Shown here in pieces: positions 28,974 through 36,498 of a stretch of 64,000 bases of DNA (positions are counted from its first letter, which is position 1; every line of letters starts with the position of its first letter). Location of the stretch: contig JBDLIC010000001.1 in assembly GCA_039715075.1 (NCBI GenBank), positions 3,501 through 67,500 on the forward strand, given 5' to 3'. The notes beneath the pieces were generated by a model. That model was not told where the DNA came from. It searched no databases and saw only the letters and a program-made list of their open reading frames with translations. Origin of the DNA: Nitrospirota bacterium (GTDB taxonomy: Bacteria > Nitrospirota > Thermodesulfovibrionia > UBA6902). The translations under genes and the position numbers were made by a program.

Positions 28974-29477
28974 TTACAACTCGTTCACAGTCTTCTTCAT
29001 TTGGTCTTTAAGGACATCGACTGCGACCTTAACGAGCACCTCTTCAGGCTTACTGTCTAATAGGTGAGCCAGAGCTCTCAGAACATCCGAATCACCTTTC
29101 CGCAACCGAACAGTATAGGTGACATATGTGTCTAATTTTTCAGGAGTTGAGTCACTTGTAGCACTATTACTCGTTAGCTTGGAGAAAAAGTCGTTTATTC
29201 TGTCATGGTAGAAACTTGACGTCTTGCTTAACAACTTGTTGCACAATTCATTTGTGTCGCCCTCTAAACTAGCTTTGAGCATCGTTTTGAATTCCCCTAC
29301 ATCAAGATCAAGCCTTCTCGCACAAGCGTCACCAATAGTCTGGTAGGCGACTGCGCACTCTTGAGAAACTCGGCTGACTCCATATTGGTAAGAACGATCA
29401 ATTCCATCTCCAAGACTGTAACGTTGAGCGGCCACCGAAATGACCTTCATAATTTGATCTAAAGTACCCTGTCTCAT
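28974..29477 (-). CDS. hypothetical protein (first gene of operon)
   Basis: A 167-aa ORF. Upstream is an AT-rich region of about 200 nt. Confidence 0.45.
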   Translation of the reverse strand: MRQGTLDQIMKVISVAAQRYSLGDGIDRSYQYGVSRVSQECAVAYQTIGDACARRLDLDVGEFKTMLKASLEGDTNELCNKLLSKTSSFYHDRINDFFSKLTSNSATSDSTPEKLDTYVTYTVRLRKGDSDVLRALAHLLDSKPEEVLVKVAVDVLKDQMKKTVNEL

Positions 29478-30114
29478 GACTACCTTTCACAATATTGCCT
29501 TACGTTATCGTAAGGCCTATATAAGATAATAAAGGTATTTAAGGTTTTTGTCAATATAAGTATTTAGAGCATAACGGAATCAATAAGATATTGACATCCT
29601 CTCTGCCTTGAATGACTAAAAAACCCCTGTAATTCATGCCGCACAGGATGGCACCTCAATAAATCTCCTCCTGCAAAAACATCTTGCTTTCAATATATTA
29701 TTGCAGTGTACTCGAAATTATCCTCGGAATATTTCGAGAGGTATGCTATTTTGGATGAGAGAAAAAGAAAAAGTCGGTGTCCTTGTTGGAAGATTTGAGG
29801 ATGCCGATATATTAGAGGAAGAGAAAAGCCGAATTTATCTATTACCGTACTGGATGATTTGAGGCGTTTGACACTCCAACAGCTAAAGCCAATTGGATTC
29901 TCAGATGATTTTATAAAAAAGAAGGCATTATTGAAACTGTTTTTTGCATTTAGTGGCACTATATGTAAAATGCTATTATGTATTACCATAATATTGGGGT
30001 TGAAAAGATTACATAAGGCCTGGACAAAAAGATCTCTTGTCTGGCTTTCTGGTGTTCGATAAGAATGAAGACTCCCAGCCGCAGAGACAGCGGGGTATCG
30101 TTAGGTAAAAAAAC

Positions 30115-30175
30115 TATTATTTTAAAAAATCCCCCCTCGCCCCCCTTTTCCAAAGTGGGGATTAAGAGGAAACCC
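30115..30175. repeat. MITE-like repeat family A (short copy)
   Basis: The sequence reads aaaaaatcccccctcgccccccttttccaaagtgggga. It is flanked by the near-identical decamers gcagagacag and gcagagactg. Confidence 0.6.
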
Positions 30176-30214
30176 CACAGCAGAGACTGTAGGGCACTAA
30201 AAACTTAATTAATT

Positions 30215-33200
30215 ATGCCCAAAGACAATATAATAAACCTGAATCAGAAAAGGCTGTTTAAGGCCCTCGAATCTTTTCCGGCCAATTCAATTTACTCAAT
30301 GGGTCCAAAGAAGTATGTAGAACGCGGGTATAATTATTATAACAAGAACCGCCTGCTGGACTTCAGGTGGAGCGCTGATTTCTCTACACTCACTGCAACA
30401 GTATACGGCAGCAGGCATTATTCGATTGATATTTCTCCGAACGGCAATGATTTGTCACTGTTCTGTAACTGCCCGGCATGGACTCCATATACTCACTGCA
30501 AGCATGTTATATGTACACTTATTACAATAAAAAACCTCTTTCAACCCTCTTCTTTCAGAAATCCTGCACAGGATGCCGTGCAAAGGGAATCAATATCCAG
30601 GATTCTTTTTGGAACAGCGGCCACTGCTCCTGAGCCGGACATACCTGTCGAATATTCAATTGTTCTTGAATTATCGTCTTATGTTCATGATATATATGTT
30701 CAGGGTAACGATCAAAAGATATATCCTTATATGGACGGAATCCCGGATGAGCTTAAGACATTAGCAGCTGCGTCCTATTATAAATTGTCCTTTTTTAAAC
30801 AATACCTAATCAATTACGGCAACAAACATCCGATATTTATTCAATCAGTCAAAGGGAAAACAGCCCTTGAATTCGATAAGTCCCTATCTTACTCATCTAA
30901 AACCGAACTGGATGATAAAGGCAGCTTTGTATCAATACGAAAACTTTGTATGGACAAAGGAAGGGAAACCAGTGATGTTCATATTGAAAACGATTTAATC
31001 ATTGACGTTAATGCAGGAAAGATCGGTTTTTTAAATGAAAGAAATGGATGGGACCTCTGGAACAATTTATCGGAATTTACCTACGATGATAATAACTTCA
31101 TTCCGGACGAACCGGAAAAATCATTGGGAATTTCTGCAGAAAAGTTCAGGAAAATTCAGATCATTTTTCAGTCTCTGCCTTCACAGGAAGGGACTCCTGA
31201 TAACATGGTCCTCAGGATCCGTGGCAGGGAATGTCCATCAGTAAAGGCGTCACACACCTACCGGGCAACGATCTTTCCCGCAAAATATAATAAAGACGTT
31301 TTCATAATAAAGGCCGAATGCAACCTCAATGGTCTGATACAGTCCCCTTCATATAATTTTTTTAATTTCTTTGCATCAATAGATCATAAACTGAGCGGTT
31401 TCATGCGGGCAATCAAAAGGAAGAAATTACTTTGCAGGGCTTTCTTCAATATGATTTCAGCCAGGACAAAAACAGCCGGACTCAGGACTATTAAGGACGT
31501 CCTGTCAGAAGGCGACTTTAAACGCGCCTCTATAAAACGTGAGGCCCGCAGCTTCCTTCATCATCATCTTTCGGTCTTTTTAAGAGATGAAAAACAATTA
31601 CAGCTGCATAACGGCAGCTGGATAGTATCGCAGGTAGCCAAGGGAAAAGAGGCGCTGCTTTACAGTATTCCTTATGAAATATTCGGCTGGGAAATATTCA
31701 GAAATGTTCTTAAACATGATGAAATGTTTGTGCCTTCAGGAGACCTGCATGAAAACCTGCCGCTGCTTTATGAAAGATTCAGGGAACATAATATTGAGCT
31801 CTACTTTAAAAACAGCCGTGTAGTCGAATCAAAATGGGACTTTGCCTTTGATGCAGACAGGGCCGCAGGCATTGACTGGTTTGAGATAAAGCCCGAGATA
31901 AAGTGCGACGGCAAGCTAATTGACGAATCGGAATGGATGGAGATGCTCAGAAAAAAAACACTAACCGGCAAGGACGGAGCCATACGGATAATGGACTCCA
32001 ATGCCCGGAAAATATTCAACATAATTTCGACAATTTACTCAGCAGGCAATCCGTCAGCAGCCAACGCAAAGGAAAAGGAGATAGTGCGGGTTCCGAGGCT
32101 TCAGATACTGGACTGGATAGAGCTCCGTCGCAGCGGGGTCAGGGTCAAGCTCCCGCCAGAAGATAATAAGATAATTGAGCGCCTGGGCCGCCTTGAAAAA
32201 ATCAGCACCCGCCCCCTGCCTTCAAAACTGACGGCAAAGCTCAGGCCATATCAGAAAGAGGGCTATTACTGGCTTTCATTCCTCTATGAGCACCGGTTCG
32301 GCGCATGCCTTGCCGATGACATGGGGCTCGGAAAAACAGTACAGGCTATTGCCCTGCTCGGGGGAATCAAGGAAGGGCTGGTCAGATTTCCGGTCAGGAC
32401 CAAACCATCTGCACATCTTATTGTAGTCCCGCCGACTCTTCTCTTTAACTGGGAACATGAGATAAATAAATTCTGTCCCGGTTTAAAAATACATATGTAT
32501 ACAGGCAAAGACCGGAAGGCCAACTTCAAGGGACATGACATTGTTCTTACAACATACGGCCTTGTACGGAGGGACATTGAAACGCTCAAAGACATCCGGT
32601 TTGATGTAATCATATTTGACGAGGCCCAGGCGATTAAGAACATATACGCTGATACAACAGGGGCAGTAAGGCGGCTAAGCGCCAATTTCAATCTGGCAGT
32701 GACAGGCACCCCGCTTGAAAACCACGTTGGGGAATACTACTCGATCATCGACCTTGTACTTCCCGGGCTGCTCGGAGAGCATGACAGGTTCAGGCCCCTT
32801 ATAAAACAGAACGTCTCTCCTGTCCTGGATATGATAATTAACAGGACAAGACCGTTCGTCCTCCGAAGGACAAAGGACAGGATATTAAAAGAGCTGCCGC
32901 CAAAAATTGAGAATGATATATATCTTGAGCTCACAGAAAAACAGAAAACCCTTTATAAAAAAACCGTTGAACAGGTCAAATCAAAAATCGATGATGCTTA
33001 CAAAAGCAAGACATCGGCACAGGCAAAGATAATTGCCCTTACCGCCATTCTGAAACTCAGACAGTTGTGCGTCTCCCCGGTCCTGATCTCAGGGGACACC
33101 AAGGAACCTTCACCCAAGATCGATTTCCTTATCACAAAACTAAAAGAGCTTCAGGACGAAGGCCACAGTGCGCTCGTATTTTCACAGTTTACATCATTCC

Positions 33201-33628
33201 TTGACATCCTCGAAAAAGACCTCAAAAAAAGCATGATGGATTTCCTGAGGCTTGACGGATCTACACCAGTCAGTAAGAGAAAGCAGCTCATCGATAAATT
33301 CCAGTCTGAAAAAGGCCCTTCCATATTCCTCCTGAGCCTCAAGGCCGGCGGCCAGGGACTGAACCTTACAAAGGCCTCCTATGTCTTTCACCTCGATCCA
33401 TGGTGGAACCCTGCAGTTGAAAATCAGGCATCCGACAGGGCACATCGGATAGGCCAGAAAAATAAAGTAACGATCACAAGGATACTTACTCACCATACAA
33501 TCGAAGAAAAGATGATGCATCTGAAGAAAAAGAAACTCGCCCTTTATAAAGCTGTTATGGACGATACAAAAGGAAACAAAAAAAGCCTTTCCGTTTCCAG
33601 GTCTGACTTCAATTTCCTTTTAAACTGA
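30215..33628 (+). CDS. SNF2-family helicase with an N-terminal SWIM zinc finger
   Basis: It has a CNCPAWTPYTHCKH SWIM motif and a DEAD-like helicase core (LADDMGLGKT, DEAQ). The 1137-aa product also has a helicase C-domain. Confidence 0.85.
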   Translation: MPKDNIINLNQKRLFKALESFPANSIYSMGPKKYVERGYNYYNKNRLLDFRWSADFSTLTATVYGSRHYSIDISPNGNDLSLFCNCPAWTPYTHCKHVICTLITIKNLFQPSSFRNPAQDAVQRESISRILFGTAATAPEPDIPVEYSIVLELSSYVHDIYVQGNDQKIYPYMDGIPDELKTLAAASYYKLSFFKQYLINYGNKHPIFIQSVKGKTALEFDKSLSYSSKTELDDKGSFVSIRKLCMDKGRETSDVHIENDLIIDVNAGKIGFLNERNGWDLWNNLSEFTYDDNNFIPDEPEKSLGISAEKFRKIQIIFQSLPSQEGTPDNMVLRIRGRECPSVKASHTYRATIFPAKYNKDVFIIKAECNLNGLIQSPSYNFFNFFASIDHKLSGFMRAIKRKKLLCRAFFNMISARTKTAGLRTIKDVLSEGDFKRASIKREARSFLHHHLSVFLRDEKQLQLHNGSWIVSQVAKGKEALLYSIPYEIFGWEIFRNVLKHDEMFVPSGDLHENLPLLYERFREHNIELYFKNSRVVESKWDFAFDADRAAGIDWFEIKPEIKCDGKLIDESEWMEMLRKKTLTGKDGAIRIMDSNARKIFNIISTIYSAGNPSAANAKEKEIVRVPRLQILDWIELRRSGVRVKLPPEDNKIIERLGRLEKISTRPLPSKLTAKLRPYQKEGYYWLSFLYEHRFGACLADDMGLGKTVQAIALLGGIKEGLVRFPVRTKPSAHLIVVPPTLLFNWEHEINKFCPGLKIHMYTGKDRKANFKGHDIVLTTYGLVRRDIETLKDIRFDVIIFDEAQAIKNIYADTTGAVRRLSANFNLAVTGTPLENHVGEYYSIIDLVLPGLLGEHDRFRPLIKQNVSPVLDMIINRTRPFVLRRTKDRILKELPPKIENDIYLELTEKQKTLYKKTVEQVKSKIDDAYKSKTSAQAKIIALTAILKLRQLCVSPVLISGDTKEPSPKIDFLITKLKELQDEGHSALVFSQFTSFLDILEKDLKKSMMDFLRLDGSTPVSKRKQLIDKFQSEKGPSIFLLSLKAGGQGLNLTKASYVFHLDPWWNPAVENQASDRAHRIGQKNKVTITRILTHHTIEEKMMHLKKKKLALYKAVMDDTKGNKKSLSVSRSDFNFLLN

Positions 33629-33815
33629 AATTGTAAGATAGTGGATGCGCTATTTCGTTAATGTGGGGGCAGTCTATGTTTTTACAAAGCGAACAGAAAA
33701 GGACGGCATGGGCATGCAGAAGTTTCTATTCATCGGACAGACAATGAGGCTGGAGGAGGACCTGCTGAATGCAAATAAAACTCCCTGCAACCAATAACCG
33801 TATTTCTTTTCATTT

Positions 33816-34226
33816 TTATTTCTTTGCTTTCCCGCTTTTCCACTTACCCGCTTCCGTAATAAGGAGCGCTGTCCCGAGAATAAAAAATAATATACAGGTT
33901 AAAAAAGGCATTATATAAGGAATGGTTATCCTGCCCTCGTAGAACCTGTTTTTGTATAATGTAATAGAATATTTATGAGGCTTCCTGAGCAGGTAATTAA
34001 CTGCATCCCTCGAGGAATACCCTTCTTTATATGCACTTTCAAGGTCAAAGTCCATACCCTCGGCAAGAGCGTCTGCCAGTTCCTCATATGTCCTTACAAT
34101 GCCCTCTCTGATTATTAACCGTTCAGGATCAGAGCCCTCCTCAACCTTCAAAACAGATAAAGCCGCATAAATCCATATGGCAATAAATATACATATAACA
34201 CCTATTACGATATTTTTCTTATTCAA
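33816..34226 (-). CDS. membrane protein, hypothetical
   Basis: It has N- and C-terminal TM helices. Confidence 0.5.
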   Translation of the reverse strand: MNKKNIVIGVICIFIAIWIYAALSVLKVEEGSDPERLIIREGIVRTYEELADALAEGMDFDLESAYKEGYSSRDAVNYLLRKPHKYSITLYKNRFYEGRITIPYIMPFLTCILFFILGTALLITEAGKWKSGKAKK

Positions 34227-34240
34227 ATCCTGTTACAAAT

Positions 34241-34351
34241 GTAGGGGCAGGTCTTGCGCCTGCCCTTATGTCGGGTTTACATTGTTCAGGTTCTCGCTTT
34301 TTTATTCGTTGATCATATAACAGAAGGGCAGGCGCAAGACCTGCCCCTACA
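34241..34351. repeat. REP-like palindromic repeat family B, inverted dimer
   Basis: gtaggggcaggtcttgcgcctgccctt and its reverse complement are separated by 56 nt. Confidence 0.7.
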
Positions 34352-34358
34352 GCTTTTA

Positions 34359-34736
34359 TTATTTTGCGCAATCAATACACAGAGGAGCAGACGGATCAAC
34401 TTCCAGCCGCTTTGGATTGATCTCCTCTTCACACTTGAGGCAAAGTCCAAACTCGTCATTATCGATTCTCCGCAATGCAGCATTTATGCGTTTAATTTTT
34501 ATGTCCCGGCGACGGTTGGATTCAATCGACATGGCTTGCGCCTGCAGGGCGTCCATCCTTGATAATCGGCCGACCCTTGATTGATCAAGTTCCACTGTCT
34601 GCGCCGCTTCATTTCCTGTCTTCTCAATATCCATGAGGTCATTACGGAGCCTGATCAATTTTTCTCTAAAGTAATCTGTATCCATATTGTGATCTGATAA
34701 TCCGCAGCATTTTTTTCTGCAGTCTTTTTTGCCCAA
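34359..34736 (-). CDS. DksA/TraR family C4 zinc-finger regulator
   Basis: The C-terminus has CLKC…CIDC, and there is a coiled-coil region. Confidence 0.75.
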   Translation of the reverse strand: MGKKDCRKKCCGLSDHNMDTDYFREKLIRLRNDLMDIEKTGNEAAQTVELDQSRVGRLSRMDALQAQAMSIESNRRRDIKIKRINAALRRIDNDEFGLCLKCEEEINPKRLEVDPSAPLCIDCAK

Positions 34737-34790
34737 CAGGTATCAGGGGCAGGCACAAAGGCCTCCCCCTGAGTTTCTTATTTTAGCACT

Positions 34791-34997
34791 TTATCCGTCA
34801 TGATACTTAAAAGACACCTTGAGCTTTGACCTGTAGGCCTTTATCTTTCCGTCTTCAATCTGCATATCAAGCTCTACCACCTCTGCAATCCTCAAATCCT
34901 TTAGACTTTTAGATGCCATATTCACAGCCTCTTCAGCAGCCTTTTCCCAGGATTCACTACTTGTACCTACAAGTTCAATAACTTTGTAAACACTCAT
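34791..34997 (-). CDS. dodecin family flavin-binding protein
   Basis: The 68-aa sequence MSVYKVIELVGTS…SFKY is typical of dodecin. Confidence 0.8.
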   Translation of the reverse strand: MSVYKVIELVGTSSESWEKAAEEAVNMASKSLKDLRIAEVVELDMQIEDGKIKAYRSKLKVSFKYHDG

Positions 34998-35211
34998 TTT
35001 GCTCTCCTTTCTGTTTTAATGGTTTACTGCTTTAACATCCCTGATATGTCCGGGAACAATATAATATGGTACAGATATGAAAGAATCCGGTATTCAGTAA
35101 TTTTCTCACAGTCTCTGCCACTTTTCAACCCCGCATAATAATAAAATGCATGTAGGGGCAGGTCTTGTGCCTGTCCCTTGACTATTCAACCTTTACAAGT
35201 TATATTCATTC

Positions 35212-36162
35212 ATGCCGAATAAATACAGTCCTGTATCCTTCAGCAAAGTTAAGACCTGCAGGCTGAAATCACGGAAAAGCAAGGTTGAAATCGAGCGGAT
35301 AGGCAAACCTTTTCGCTCCGGAAGCTTCAAGACCTTTCTCGACAGCCTTCCGGACATCCTTGCAGCAAACGACTTTAGGTCAGTAGTTAATGAAATCGTG
35401 AAAGCAGGGAAAAAGGGAAGACCGGTGATACTCGGTATGGGTGCGCATCCGATAAAGGTCGGCCTTGCCCCGGTGATCATCAATCTTATGGAAAGCGGTG
35501 TCATTACCGCCGTTGCCATGAACGGCGCATGCATTGTACATGATTATGAACTCAGTTTGATGGGACACACATCAGAAGATGTTGATGTTGAATTATGCAG
35601 AGGCACATTCGGAATGGCTGATGAAACAGGAAAAGGACTGAACCGGGCGCTGAACAGCGGCGTAAAAAAGGGGCGTGGAATTGGCAGGGCAATCGGTGAA
35701 CATATCCTTAAGAGCAAGGCCTCATATAAAAATCTTAGTATTCTGGCATCTGCCGCCAGACTGGATGTCCCCGCAACTGTTCATGTTGCCATAGGCACTG
35801 ATATTATCCATATGCATCCTGAAGCAGACGGGAAGTCGATCGGGGAAGGGAGTCTGAGGGACTTTAAACTATTTTCCTCTGTTGTTTCCGATCTCAGGGG
35901 CGGGGTATATATCAACCTTGGCTCTGCCGTGATCCTCCCTGAAACCTTCATGAAGGCAGTTGCCGTCACAAGAAACCTCGGATATACAGTGAAGAATTTC
36001 ACTACTCTCAATATGGATTTTATCCAGCACTACAGATGCCGCGAAAACGTACTGAGACGTCCGGTACTTTCCGGTGGAAAATCCTACGCTCTGACCGGCC
36101 ACCATGAAATCATGTTCCCGCTTCTGGCAGCAGCTGTGATGGAAAGGGTACACAAAGCATGA
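35212..36162 (+). CDS. uncharacterised enzyme-like protein (possibly a deoxyhypusine-synthase-like fold)
   Basis: The 316-aa product is glycine-rich (GMGAHP, VAMNGACIVHD). Function is not recognised with certainty. Confidence 0.35.
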   Translation: MPNKYSPVSFSKVKTCRLKSRKSKVEIERIGKPFRSGSFKTFLDSLPDILAANDFRSVVNEIVKAGKKGRPVILGMGAHPIKVGLAPVIINLMESGVITAVAMNGACIVHDYELSLMGHTSEDVDVELCRGTFGMADETGKGLNRALNSGVKKGRGIGRAIGEHILKSKASYKNLSILASAARLDVPATVHVAIGTDIIHMHPEADGKSIGEGSLRDFKLFSSVVSDLRGGVYINLGSAVILPETFMKAVAVTRNLGYTVKNFTTLNMDFIQHYRCRENVLRRPVLSGGKSYALTGHHEIMFPLLAAAVMERVHKA

Positions 36163-36347
36163 TACCCGTCGTAGATCAGGATTTATGTATCGGCTGCGGC
36201 AACTGCGAAGAGATCTGCCCCAGCGTTTTTCAGGTACTCGATGAAAAAGCCAGGGTCATTGATCCTGAAGGCTGTGAATTTTTTGAATGCTGCGAAGCAG
36301 CAGAAGAAAACTGTCCGGTAGAAGCCATTTCGATTGAAGAAGAATAA
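36159..36347 (+). CDS. small [4Fe-4S]/[3Fe-4S] ferredoxin
   Basis: It has CIGCGNCEEICP…C motifs. It overlaps the upstream gene by 4 nt. Confidence 0.75.
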   Translation: MIPVVDQDLCIGCGNCEEICPSVFQVLDEKARVIDPEGCEFFECCEAAEENCPVEAISIEEE

Positions 36348-36498
36348 CGTAGGGGCAATCCCCCCGTGGTTGCCCTGCTTGCATAGCTTGCCCTTTTCAA
36401 TCAATTCATCCTCTTCATAGCATCCGCAAGCCAGGGCAGGCACAGGGGCCTTCCCCTACATAGCATTTGACAGCAAAATTACGGGGAGACTATAATCT

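Noticed and set aside
29690-30062. ORFs of 99 aa (minus strand) and 67 aa (plus strand) in the gap before the SNF2 gene
   Set aside because: They have no RBS and odd composition. The region looks like decayed spacer or promoter DNA. It is kept as non-coding context of the island.
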